From the NCBI GenBank assembly GCA_035554655.1, contig DATMIF010000004.1, forward strand, positions 8,922 to 72,921: DNA of 64,000 bases. The letters are read 5' to 3'. The position numbers and the translations under genes were made by a program. This document shows positions 18,390-27,881 of this stretch, one piece after another. Source of the DNA: Flavisolibacter sp. GTDB taxonomy: Bacteria > Bacteroidota > Bacteroidia > Chitinophagales > Chitinophagaceae. Below the pieces are notes generated by a model. It made no database searches and was not told the origin of the DNA. It worked only from the letters and a program-made list of their open reading frames with translations. The number at the start of each line of letters is the position of its first letter. Within the stretch, counting starts at the first letter, position 1.

Positions 18390-19967
18390 ATGATGAAGAA
18401 GTTTTTGTTGTGCATTACAGGATTTATCGGAATATTTCTTTCTGTTGAAGCACAGGTAAAGCAAGCACACAACCCAATCATTTTTGCCGATGTTCCCGAT
18501 ATGTCTATGATACGTGTGGCAGACATTTACTACATGAGCAGCACAACTATGCACATGAGTCCTGGTTTGCCTATCATGAAATCAAAGGACCTGGTTAACT
18601 GGCAGCTTGTTAACTACGCATACGATACATTGGTTAACAATGATGAAATGAATTTGGAAAATGGAAAGTCCACTTATGGAAGAGGATCATGGGCAAGCAG
18701 TATCCGCTACCATAACGGCACTTATTATGTTTCTACTTTCGCCGCTACCAGTGGCAAAACACATATCTACATAACAAACAACATCGAGAAAGGGCCCTGG
18801 AGAGAAATTTCTTTTAGACCAGCATTGCATGATCATTCCTTATTCTTTGATGATGACGGAAAAATCTACATGATCTATGGAAACAAAAAATTGACCCTTG
18901 TTGAATTGAAAAACGATTTATCCGGCATGAGGGAAGGCGGCATCAACCAGGTGATTATTGAAAATACAAGTCAGCCAAGTGAAAATATTGCGGTGAGTGG
19001 TTTAGGTGAAGGTTCGCAATTGTTTAAAGTGAATGGGAAATATTACCTGTTCAACATCACCTGGCCGAGGGGCGGTATGAGAACTGTTGTGATTCACAGG
19101 GCAGATAAGATTACCGGACCATGGGAGGGAAGAGTTGCATTGCAGGATTTAGGAGTTGCACAAGGAGGATTAATTGATACACCTGATGGAACATGGTACG
19201 CTTACCTGTTTCGTGATTTTGGTTCAGTTGGACGAATTCCATACTTGGTTCCGGTGAAATGGGATGATGGCTGGCCAGTACTGGGCGTAAATGGCAAGGT
19301 TCCTGAAACACTTGATCTTCCTGAGAGCAAAGGATTAATTCCGGGCATTGTTGCTTCTGATGAATTTACCCGCAAAAAGAATGATCGTGCAATACCACTT
19401 GTCTGGCAATGGAACCATAATCCTGATAACAGGCTTTGGTCGCTCAATGCAAGAAAGGGCTACTTACGTTTAATTGCAGGCAGAATTGATACGAGTTTTG
19501 TATTGGCGAGAAATTCATTAACACAACGCACCATTGGCCCTGTTTGCACCGGCTCTATTTCACTTGATGTTTCAAATATGAAGGATGGTGATTTTGCAGG
19601 CTTAGGACTACTACAAAAAAATTATGGTTTGATTGGTGTTCATGCAGAAGGAGAGAAGAAAGTGATTGTGATGATCAATGCAAGCACAGGAAATGCCGTT
19701 GAAGCACAAACGGTACCGCTCAATCAAAACACAATCTTCTTTAAAGCCGAGTGCGATTTCACCGATAAAAGAGATATAGCTAATTTCTTTTACAGCCTTG
19801 ATGGTAAAAGATGGATGCCTATTGGTACGCAGTTGAAAATGACTTACACACTACCGCATTTTATGGGATATCGTTTTGCGCTGTTTAACTATGCTACCAA
19901 GAACATCGGTGGGTTTGTAGATTTTGACTATTTCCATATTGTGGATTCGATCGGAACCAAGCAATAA
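18390..19967 (+). CDS. GH43 beta-xylosidase / alpha-L-arabinofuranosidase-like enzyme with a C-terminal concanavalin-like domain
   Basis: NPIIFADVPDMSMIRV..YYMSSTTMH and LFFDDDGKIYMIYG are GH43 blades. The WQWNHNPDN..W start is typical of the GH43 C-terminal domain. Signal peptide present. Confidence 0.9.
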   Translation: MMKKFLLCITGFIGIFLSVEAQVKQAHNPIIFADVPDMSMIRVADIYYMSSTTMHMSPGLPIMKSKDLVNWQLVNYAYDTLVNNDEMNLENGKSTYGRGSWASSIRYHNGTYYVSTFAATSGKTHIYITNNIEKGPWREISFRPALHDHSLFFDDDGKIYMIYGNKKLTLVELKNDLSGMREGGINQVIIENTSQPSENIAVSGLGEGSQLFKVNGKYYLFNITWPRGGMRTVVIHRADKITGPWEGRVALQDLGVAQGGLIDTPDGTWYAYLFRDFGSVGRIPYLVPVKWDDGWPVLGVNGKVPETLDLPESKGLIPGIVASDEFTRKKNDRAIPLVWQWNHNPDNRLWSLNARKGYLRLIAGRIDTSFVLARNSLTQRTIGPVCTGSISLDVSNMKDGDFAGLGLLQKNYGLIGVHAEGEKKVIVMINASTGNAVEAQTVPLNQNTIFFKAECDFTDKRDIANFFYSLDGKRWMPIGTQLKMTYTLPHFMGYRFALFNYATKNIGGFVDFDYFHIVDSIGTKQ

Positions 19968-20060
19968 ATCCATCAAACACTTATTAACCGCCGGTAGTTG
20001 ATTTATTTGTTCGGGTAACTGTTCAACAAGATCGCTAACAGAAAGGGATTTTTGTTTAAA

Positions 20061-21245
20061 CTATCTAAACAAGAGCTCCTCTAACACATCTTTTTCGCCA
20101 ATGATTTCATTTGCCTTGTCCAAATATTTTTCATCATGGAATTTTTCAGCAGCCTGCAGCAACAAAGAATAAAAATCTTTGGAGTTGTATGGACTAATTT
20201 GCTGGTAAATCCATTTCTTTTCTTTCAGTGTATACGGTAATAGCCAATCAACTGCTGTTTGCAAGCCGGCTCCTGAAGTTGTTTTGTAATTCCAGAGATC
20301 GACACCAATCTTTTCTGCAAGCCTTGCTACCTGGAACCATGCCGACACAACGAAAGTGCTGTAGCCAAGTCCATTGGTTCTTTCCAGTTCCAGGGGAAAT
20401 TTTCCTTCTTTGGTTAATTGACTGTCGAGACGTTTTTTGCTTTCATCGAATAATTGCAATGCTGTCTTTTTATCCCCCGTGAACAGCGCAAAATCTATAG
20501 CCTGGACATAAAACCAGGCACCACGGTTATTTTGCCAATAATGTTCTTCTTTACCATTTTTACTGGTCAGCATCCAGTGTAAATATTCCTTGTACCAGTC
20601 CTGCAATTGTTTGCTATCATTCGTTGTCCATGACGCAGAGCCTTCAAGCAATGCTGCCGCATCTGCAATGCCCGTAAGTGAACGGCTTTCAATAATACCA
20701 ATTCCTCTTCCAGTCGTAATGCCAGGAATGCCTTGTGCATATTCAAGATTTGGATTCATCTTCGCGGCTTTATCAAAGAACCAATGATAGATTAGTGCAG
20801 ATGCCTTTGCCGCATATTTTTCTTCACCTGATAAATACCATGCAACAGATAAAATTGTAGCAGCGTTTTCAAGATCACTGAAATAAGTATGATCTGTTAT
20901 TCTTTTTATTTCCGGATTATGTTGGCCATCTCGCCTAATGTATGGCAGGCCATTGGTTTTGCTGCTGTCATACCAGAAATAAGGTGCCTGGCTCATGTAA
21001 TCATGCTTGTTTCCACTTGGAGGAGTAATGGCTTTGTCCATCACTGAAACCGGTTTCATGTTTAGCAGGGCATCTGCTTTCTTTTTTAGTTCATTAACCA
21101 ATCTTAAAGTGTACGCATCTTTCTGCTCCGCTTTATTTTTTACTTGCATCAGATGATTCGCATCAATGATAAATGTATTTGGCGTTTGCGCCGATATTTT
21201 GAATTGAAGAGATAAGGTAAGGATCAATACGAAATAGATTTTCAT
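20061..21245 (-). CDS. Alginate-lyase-fold (alpha/alpha toroid) family protein, substrate unknown
   Basis: Signal peptide. The overall pattern matches the Alginate_lyase (PL5-like) family, including the YWQNNRGAWF region. Confidence 0.65.
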   Translation of the reverse strand: MKIYFVLILTLSLQFKISAQTPNTFIIDANHLMQVKNKAEQKDAYTLRLVNELKKKADALLNMKPVSVMDKAITPPSGNKHDYMSQAPYFWYDSSKTNGLPYIRRDGQHNPEIKRITDHTYFSDLENAATILSVAWYLSGEEKYAAKASALIYHWFFDKAAKMNPNLEYAQGIPGITTGRGIGIIESRSLTGIADAAALLEGSASWTTNDSKQLQDWYKEYLHWMLTSKNGKEEHYWQNNRGAWFYVQAIDFALFTGDKKTALQLFDESKKRLDSQLTKEGKFPLELERTNGLGYSTFVVSAWFQVARLAEKIGVDLWNYKTTSGAGLQTAVDWLLPYTLKEKKWIYQQISPYNSKDFYSLLLQAAEKFHDEKYLDKANEIIGEKDVLEELLFR

Positions 21246-21257
21246 AGTTTCAGTTAA

Positions 21258-22079
21258 TTATTTCAAAGTGTACGCAGCAACAGTTTTACCATTAAATGAA
21301 GGAACGTAAACAATTTTCTTTACAGCATCGTAACCAATATCAGCAGTGTTCTTTTTGGCTTCATGTGTATCTAACAATGTTTGCACATTGCCATTAGAAG
21401 AAACGTAATAAACAAAACCTATCCAGGAAGTAACAACAAAATCACCATTGCCAAGAGGCTCAATACCATCAATGCCATTAGGCAATTCGGCAATTTTTGT
21501 CACCAGTTTTTGAGCATTTGCTTTTTGCAATAATTTGCCTTCTGCAAACACAACATCATTGCCAATCGCTTTCAATCCGTTTGCTCCTTGTATGTTGTCA
21601 AGAAAAAGAGATGGAACATCATTCTGTATTCGCCAGATTTTTGCTGTTTTTGAATCGGAAACGTAAATGGCCCCTGAATCATCGACGGAAATATCGTTCA
21701 GACCATTTGCACCATCAATAGCAATTCTTTTTTCGATCTTCCCGTTTTTAATGTCAATAACAACTACTTTGCTGATATCGGCAACATAAAGTTTGTCTTT
21801 ATAAATTCCCAGTCCTTTTGGCGCATTCAGTCCGCTGATCCAGGAACCATTGTAGTTTTTGCCTTCAAAATCTAGTTTGCCTATGCCACCTTTGCCATCT
21901 GCGTCCCATGGCCCTCCGTCTATCAACGATATATAAAGCGTCTTGTTTGAGAAATCAGGTAGAACAGATTCCGGGATTGCAATAACGCTATCTGTTTCCC
22001 AAAGTTTTTCAAGCTTGTATGTTTGTGCATTTGCAAATACTGACACGAAAAATGCAGCGACTAAAAAAAGTTTCTTCAT
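21258..22079 (-). CDS. Exported beta-propeller protein (SMP-30/gluconolactonase/LRE- or NHL-like)
   Basis: The ATG at 22079 gives the signal peptide MKKLFLVAAFFVSVFANAQ. Repeated blades are present (LYISLIDGG, LYVADISK, IYVSDSKT, DFVVTSW, IVYVPSF). Confidence 0.55.
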   Translation of the reverse strand: MKKLFLVAAFFVSVFANAQTYKLEKLWETDSVIAIPESVLPDFSNKTLYISLIDGGPWDADGKGGIGKLDFEGKNYNGSWISGLNAPKGLGIYKDKLYVADISKVVVIDIKNGKIEKRIAIDGANGLNDISVDDSGAIYVSDSKTAKIWRIQNDVPSLFLDNIQGANGLKAIGNDVVFAEGKLLQKANAQKLVTKIAELPNGIDGIEPLGNGDFVVTSWIGFVYYVSSNGNVQTLLDTHEAKKNTADIGYDAVKKIVYVPSFNGKTVAAYTLK

Positions 22080-22165
22080 AACGGTATATTTTGTTGAGCT
22101 CAACCGGAGCAGTAATATCAATGTCTATCGCTGCAATTTAAGGCAGTTAAAAATATTTTCACTTT

Positions 22166-22569
22166 GTGCTGGCTGTATTTTTTTTGTGCTTTCTGTCCGC
22201 TTGTTTTGGTGGCTATTGTCAAAATACAATCGGGATACCGATCGTGGTTAATTATTCTAAACAGGTTTATAACACAGGGCGGCAGAACTGCGGTATAGCG
22301 CAGGATAAAACGGCATCATCTACTTTGCTAATAAGGATGGTTTCGTCAGTTTTGACGGAAACTTTTGGCGCAGATTTTATCTTCCTAATAAAACAAAAGT
22401 TTGTTCAATTGTCATTGACAAGAACAATAGCGTCAACGTAGCCGCACAGTCTGAAATTGGCTACTTTTCATCAGGTGAAAGGGGTGCTCAATTACACTTC
22501 ATCAATGCCTCTAATTGCGCAAGTGGAAAGAATGATTTTGTAGAAGTTTTCAGCAATATGATGAAGTAG
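22166..22569 (+). pseudogene. Frameshifted, truncated N-terminal relic of a two-component sensor with Reg_prop beta-propeller repeats (HTCS or sensor-kinase type)
   Basis: Frame 1 reads a signal peptide followed by NYSKQVYNTGRQNCGIAQDK. After a shift near 22307-22310 the next frame reads NGIIYFANKDGFVSFDGNFWRRFYLPNKTKVCSIVIDKNNSVNVAAQSEIGYF and stops at 22567-22569. Only about 135 codons remain, whereas intact proteins of this class are many times longer. Confidence 0.7.
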
Positions 22570-22797
22570 AAAAGCAGGGAATGGTATTTCGCTGTTATAA
22601 TTAGACCACTTGTCGGGCAATCTATATAAAGCTCGTTGAAAATCCAGGACAAGAAGCTACTTACACTGTAAATGCCTTCGTTATCCACGGAAACTAAGAA
22701 AACTACCACTATTTCATATTATCCAAGCCGGTTATAACCTGCACAATAAGTTTACACGAAAAAATAACATCAGTATATTTATAGCAAACTTCTTGCT

Positions 22798-23910
22798 ATG
22801 ACTTCCCGTCGTGATTTTTTGCAGAAGATCACTTTATCAACTGCAGTTCTTCCATTTTTGCGTTTCAATAAAGAAACTAAAACAACAGTAACAAAAAACT
22901 CCGGTGATGAACGAATCCTTCGTGTTGCCATCATGGGATTAGGCAGTTACGGAAATCGTGTGGCAGAAGCCATGCAATCATGCAAAAGAGCAAAGGTTGC
23001 CGGGGTAATTAGTGGCACGCCTTCTAAAATAAAAGACTGGCAAAGCAGGTACAACATTCCTGATAAGAGCTGTTACAACTACCAAAACTTTGATGCAATA
23101 AAAAACAATCCAGATATCGATGCGGTGTATGTTATTACACCGAATGCCTTGCATCACGACGAAGTAATAAGGGTGGCCAAAGCCGGTAAACATGTCATTT
23201 GCGAAAAACCGATGGCCATAAATGCAAAGGAGGGTCAGGAGATGGTTGATGCATGTAAGAAAGCAAACGTAAAACTGTTGGTAGGTTATCGCATGCACTT
23301 TGAGCCGAAAACTTTGGAAGTGATTCGAATGAGAAAGGACGGCGAGTTAGGAAAGATCATGTTTTTTCAGGGACAAACCGGTTTTACCGCAGGCGATCCC
23401 ACGCAATGGAGATTGAACAAACAACTGTCGGGTGGCGGCTCATTGATGGATATTGGTATTTACTCCATTAATGGTGCCCGCTATATGGTTGGAGAAGAGC
23501 CTATTTGGGTAACCGCACAGGAAACAAAAACGAATCCTGAAAAATTCAAAGAAGGTGTAGATGAAACAATCCAGTTTGAATTTGGTTTTCCAAGCGGTGC
23601 TGTCGCTTCCTGCCTGTCCACTTACAATATGAGCTATCTCGATCGCTTCTTCCTAACAGGTCAAAAAGGTTTTGCAGAATTATGGCCCGCTACAGGTTAT
23701 GGTCCCATTAAAGGAAAAACAAATAAAGGTGAATTGGCGCAACCACACATGACACACCAAACAGTTCAGATGGATGAAATGGCTGCAATTATTTTCGATG
23801 GAAAACAACCAATAGTGCCTGTCGACGGCGAAGAAGGCGTGAGAGATTTAAAACTGATTGATGCCATTTATGAAGCCGCAAGAAAGGGCAAACGAGTAGA
23901 TTTGAAATAG
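22798..23910 (+). CDS. Gfo/Idh/MocA family oxidoreductase with a Tat signal (periplasmic sugar dehydrogenase-like)
   Basis: MTSRRDFLQKITLSTAVLPFL is a twin-arginine signal. Rossmann motif VAIMGLGSYG. The EKP motif (ICEKPMA) is present. Confidence 0.9.
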   Translation: MTSRRDFLQKITLSTAVLPFLRFNKETKTTVTKNSGDERILRVAIMGLGSYGNRVAEAMQSCKRAKVAGVISGTPSKIKDWQSRYNIPDKSCYNYQNFDAIKNNPDIDAVYVITPNALHHDEVIRVAKAGKHVICEKPMAINAKEGQEMVDACKKANVKLLVGYRMHFEPKTLEVIRMRKDGELGKIMFFQGQTGFTAGDPTQWRLNKQLSGGGSLMDIGIYSINGARYMVGEEPIWVTAQETKTNPEKFKEGVDETIQFEFGFPSGAVASCLSTYNMSYLDRFFLTGQKGFAELWPATGYGPIKGKTNKGELAQPHMTHQTVQMDEMAAIIFDGKQPIVPVDGEEGVRDLKLIDAIYEAARKGKRVDLK

Positions 23911-23937
23911 CAGTCTCTTTGTTTAAAATCCGTCAGT

Positions 23938-23980
23938 GGTTTTTATTGGAAGTTTTTTCTTTTCAGTTTTAGATATTTTG
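23938..23980 (+). promoter_or_regulatory. Promoter with the shared 20-bp motif (copy 1), upstream of the RraA-like/enolase/MFS/ALDH operon
   Basis: ggtttttattggaagttttt lies at 23938-23957. A -7-like box TATTTTG lies at 23974-23980, starting 17 nt past the end of the 20-mer. The ATG is 102 nt from the motif start. Confidence 0.6.
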
Positions 23981-24039
23981 TATCCTGTAGTGTTAACCGC
24001 ATTCTTAAAATTATAGTCACTACTAAAACCACTTGCAAT

Positions 24040-24969
24040 ATGAATAAGCAGACTGCTATTCTCTTATCTTTCATTTTTCTTTTTTCATTTTCTCATGCAC
24101 AACAAATACAAATCACTCCCGGTGTTGATCAAATAAAATTGTACACGCCTGATTGGAAAGGTGAACGTTTTCCTGATGGCCGTCCGAAAGTGGCGGACAA
24201 ATTATTGGAACGGTTGAAAAATATTTCGATGGAAGAAGCCTGGGGTTATTTAAGAAATAAAGGTTTTCAAAATCAGTACGAAGGTGACTGGCAGGTTTTG
24301 CGTCCTGATTCAGTAATGGTGGGCCGCGTGGTTACAGCGCAATACATGCCGCTTCGACCTGATGTTGATAGTTTAGTAAGAAAGCAGGGAAGAAAGGAAG
24401 GTCGCATTGGCGGAACGAATTCATGGCCAATAGATGTTTTGAAAGAAGGTGACATTTATGTGGCAGATAGCTATGGAAAAATTGTAGATGGAACTTTAAT
24501 TGGTGATAATCTTGGTAATTCCATTTATGCGCATTCTCATAAGGGTGTCATTTTTTACGGTTCGGTAAGAGATGTTGAAGGTCTTGAGGACATCAATGGT
24601 TTTAATGCATGGATCAAAGGCTCTGATCCTTCTTACATACAACAGATGATGCTTACCGGTATCAACGTCCCTATTCGTATTGGAAGAGCAACTGTGTTGC
24701 CCGGCGATGTTGTCCTGGCCAAAAAAACAGGGACTATTTTTATTCCTGCATCAATGGCGGAGGACCTTGTTTTAAGTTCCGAGTTTATTCAATTGAAGGA
24801 TGAATTTGGTCACCTCCGTTTACGCGAAAAAAAATACACTCCTGGCCAAATTGATCAACAGTGGACAGATGAAATCAAAAAAGATTTTCTTCAGTGGATC
24901 GACGCGAAGAAGAACCTTCCCATGACAAGGCAGGAACTGGATGAATACATGAAGCAAAGAACCTGGTAA
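24040..24969 (+). CDS. Exported RraA-family protein (HMG/CHA aldolase-like fold) with an N-terminal extension
   Basis: Sec signal MNKQTAILLSFIFLFSFSHAQ. RraA-type core: KEGDIYVADSYGKIVDGTLIGDNLG, GSVRD and VLPGDVVLAKKTGTIFIP. Confidence 0.85.
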   Translation: MNKQTAILLSFIFLFSFSHAQQIQITPGVDQIKLYTPDWKGERFPDGRPKVADKLLERLKNISMEEAWGYLRNKGFQNQYEGDWQVLRPDSVMVGRVVTAQYMPLRPDVDSLVRKQGRKEGRIGGTNSWPIDVLKEGDIYVADSYGKIVDGTLIGDNLGNSIYAHSHKGVIFYGSVRDVEGLEDINGFNAWIKGSDPSYIQQMMLTGINVPIRIGRATVLPGDVVLAKKTGTIFIPASMAEDLVLSSEFIQLKDEFGHLRLREKKYTPGQIDQQWTDEIKKDFLQWIDAKKNLPMTRQELDEYMKQRTW

Positions 24970-25028
24970 TAAAACAATCATGCATTGGCAAATAACAATT
25001 ATCCTTCTTTAACTGCAAAACAATCACC

Positions 25029-26525
25029 ATGACACCCGCACAAAAAATTTTATCAAAGCTTGGATTAAAAGATCCGGAAACAATAGAATCAACAAAGATT
25101 TCGAACAGGGAAAATATTTCGGAAAATCCTCGTCGTGATTTTTTGAAGAAATCTGCTCTAGGTGGAATTGCACTTGGTGGAGCATTCATGTTTTCACCAA
25201 TTGAAGAAGTGCTTGCCAATACTACACAGAAAGTAAATCGTTATTCTGCTCCGTCCGATCTGAAAATTACCGATCTGCGTTACGCAACAACAACTGTACT
25301 TGGTCGTACTTCCATCATTCGCATTGATACGAATCAGGGCATTTATGGTCTGGGCGAAGTGAGAGATGGTGCTGATGTTCGATATGCTTTGATGTTGAAG
25401 AGTCGCATACTCGGAATGAATCCCTGCAATGTTGAACTGATCTTCAAAAAAATAAAACAGTTTGGTGGTCCATCGCGACAAGCTGGTGGTGTGTGTGGAG
25501 TGGAGATGGCTTTGTGGGATTTATGCGGTAAGGCTTATAACATTCCAGCATGGCAATTATTAGGAGGAAGATATCGTGATAAAATAAGATTGTATGCTGA
25601 TACGCCGGAAGCGGGTTCGCCAGCAGAACAAAAGAAATTGATGGACTATAGAATTAATGAGCAAGGTTACACCTGGTTGAAAATGGATTTAGGAATTGGC
25701 GAGATCAATAAGATTCCGGGTGCAGTTGTCAATTCAAAATTTTGGGAAACTGAAAAAGGCGATTTGCAGCAATGGGGCAACTGGGGGCCGACAAGCTATT
25801 CCAACACAAGACATGCTTTCACACAAATACAAATTACTGAAAAAGGTTTGGATGAAATGGCGAAACTGGTTGACAACGTAAGAAGCATGTTGGGATATGA
25901 AATTCCACTTTCAACAGATCATTATGGACACTTCGATTTAAATAACGGAATTCGTCTTGGTAAAAAACTAGAGAAGTATCGATTAGCGTGGATGGAAGAT
26001 GTTGTTCCATGGGATTATGTTGATCAATGGAAAACTTTATCAGATTCATTGGAAACGCCAATGCTTACAGGTGAAGATGTTTATTTGCTTTCAGGTTTTA
26101 AACCACTCATCGACATTCATGCAGTAGATATTGTTCATCCAGACCTGGCTTCATCCGGTGGATTGCTCGAAACAAAACGTATTGGTGATTACGCAGAAGA
26201 GCATGGAATTGCCATGGCAATGCACCAGGCGGGAACACCGATTTCATTTATGGCGAATGTTCATTGTGCAGCAGCTACACAAAACTTTTTGGCGCTGGAG
26301 CATCACTCAATTGATTTGCCGTGGTGGGAGAGTTTAGTCAAAACAACTGATGGAAGAAAACTGATCACGAAAGGTTATGCAAATCTTCCGTTGACAGCGC
26401 CGGGACTCGGCGTTGAATTGAATGAAGATGTAGTAAAACAACATTTACATCCTGATGATAAATCTTTCTTTGCACCAACAACGGAGTGGGATCAATTGAG
26501 ATCGCATGACAGGATCTTTAGTTGA
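25029..26525 (+). CDS. Enolase-superfamily enzyme (mandelate racemase/muconate lactonizing family, acid-sugar dehydratase-like) with a Tat signal
   Basis: Twin-arginine motif NPRRDFLKKSALGGIALGG. MR/MLE motifs are present: MALWDLCGK, STDHYGH, LAWMEDVVP, LTGEDVY and DIVHPDLASSGG. Confidence 0.85.
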   Translation: MTPAQKILSKLGLKDPETIESTKISNRENISENPRRDFLKKSALGGIALGGAFMFSPIEEVLANTTQKVNRYSAPSDLKITDLRYATTTVLGRTSIIRIDTNQGIYGLGEVRDGADVRYALMLKSRILGMNPCNVELIFKKIKQFGGPSRQAGGVCGVEMALWDLCGKAYNIPAWQLLGGRYRDKIRLYADTPEAGSPAEQKKLMDYRINEQGYTWLKMDLGIGEINKIPGAVVNSKFWETEKGDLQQWGNWGPTSYSNTRHAFTQIQITEKGLDEMAKLVDNVRSMLGYEIPLSTDHYGHFDLNNGIRLGKKLEKYRLAWMEDVVPWDYVDQWKTLSDSLETPMLTGEDVYLLSGFKPLIDIHAVDIVHPDLASSGGLLETKRIGDYAEEHGIAMAMHQAGTPISFMANVHCAAATQNFLALEHHSIDLPWWESLVKTTDGRKLITKGYANLPLTAPGLGVELNEDVVKQHLHPDDKSFFAPTTEWDQLRSHDRIFS

Positions 26526-26563
26526 GGAAAATTTAGACGCTCCTGCTTTGACAAAAGAATTTT

Positions 26564-27850
26564 ATGGAAACGACAATTGCGAAAACACGATGGTATAGAT
26601 TAGTGCCCATTGCTTTCATAACATACAGTCTTGCTTATTTGGATAGAGCAAATTTTGGTTTTGGTACTGCGGGGGGTATGGCCAAAGATTTAAATATTAC
26701 TCCCGGTATTTCATCATTATTAAGCTCGTTATTCTTTTTAGGTTATTTCTTTTTTCAAATCCCGGGTACGCACTATGCCGCTGTGAGAAGTACAAAAAAA
26801 TTGATCTTCTGGTCGCTCATACTTTGGGGTGCTTGCGCAATGGCAACCGGTATGACCAACAATGTGAACATTTTGATTGCCATCCGTTTTATGCTTGGTG
26901 TAGTGGAAAGTGCAGTTATGCCGGCAATGATTCTTTTGTTGAGCCGGTGGTTCACAAAAAAAGAACGATCAAGAGCTAACACGTTTTTAATTCTTGGCAA
27001 TCCTGTCACCATTTTGTGGATGTCTATTCTCTCCGGTTATTTAATTAATTCCTTGGGTTGGAGATGGATGTTTATACTGGAAGGATTGCCCGCAATCATT
27101 TGGGCTTTCTTTTGGTGGAACCTTGTCAATGACAAACCTAAAGATGCGAAATGGTTATCGCAGGAAGACAAAGATGCTTTGGAAGCAGTTTTGCGAAAGG
27201 AACAGCAAAATATCAAGCCTGTAAAAAATTACATGGAGGCCTTTAAAAGCAAGGCTGTTATTCTGCTTTGTTTGCAATATGCATTTTGGAGCATTGGTGT
27301 TTACGGTTTTGTAATGTGGTTGCCAACCATCATAAAAGGTGCGCCAAATATGAGCATAGTTGAAACCGGATGGCTTGCTTCAGTTCCTTATTTATTTGCG
27401 ATTATTGCGATGCTCATCACTTCTTATTTTTCTGATAAGACATTGAATAGGAAAATTTTTGTTTGGCCATTTTTGTTGATCGGCGCCATTGCATTTTATA
27501 GTTCTTATTTACTTGGAACAAGTAACTTTTGGCTGTCGTTCGCTTTGTTGGTAATTGCTGGTGCAGTTATGTATGCACCTTACGGTCCCTTCTTTGCTAT
27601 CATGCCTGAAATATTACCGTCAAATGTTACAGCGGGTGCCATTGCGCTTATCAACAGCCTGGGTGCTCTAGGCTCCTTTGCAGGATCTTATCTGGTTGGT
27701 TACCTAAATGGGGTAACGGGTGGCTTTGGTGCTTCTTATATTTTTATGTCAGGATCTTTATTGATTGCGGCTATTCTTACAATTATTGCGCTAAAAGATT
27801 CACAGAGGAAAGCTCAGTTGGAACAAAAAATTATCGCCGCAAGCGCATGA
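26564..27850 (+). CDS. MFS transporter, anion:cation symporter (ACS)-like (sugar-acid permease type)
   Basis: Twelve TM segments. The YLDRANFGF motif near TM1 is typical of ACS-family hexuronate/aldonate/tartrate permeases. Confidence 0.85.
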   Translation: METTIAKTRWYRLVPIAFITYSLAYLDRANFGFGTAGGMAKDLNITPGISSLLSSLFFLGYFFFQIPGTHYAAVRSTKKLIFWSLILWGACAMATGMTNNVNILIAIRFMLGVVESAVMPAMILLLSRWFTKKERSRANTFLILGNPVTILWMSILSGYLINSLGWRWMFILEGLPAIIWAFFWWNLVNDKPKDAKWLSQEDKDALEAVLRKEQQNIKPVKNYMEAFKSKAVILLCLQYAFWSIGVYGFVMWLPTIIKGAPNMSIVETGWLASVPYLFAIIAMLITSYFSDKTLNRKIFVWPFLLIGAIAFYSSYLLGTSNFWLSFALLVIAGAVMYAPYGPFFAIMPEILPSNVTAGAIALINSLGALGSFAGSYLVGYLNGVTGGFGASYIFMSGSLLIAAILTIIALKDSQRKAQLEQKIIAASA

Positions 27851-27881
27851 TTCATTTATTTTGCTCATCAAAATTTATTTC

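Noticed and set aside
22488-22709. A 73-aa minus-strand ORF.
   Set aside because: It lies antisense to and overlapping the sensor-propeller relic, and it has no recognisable features.
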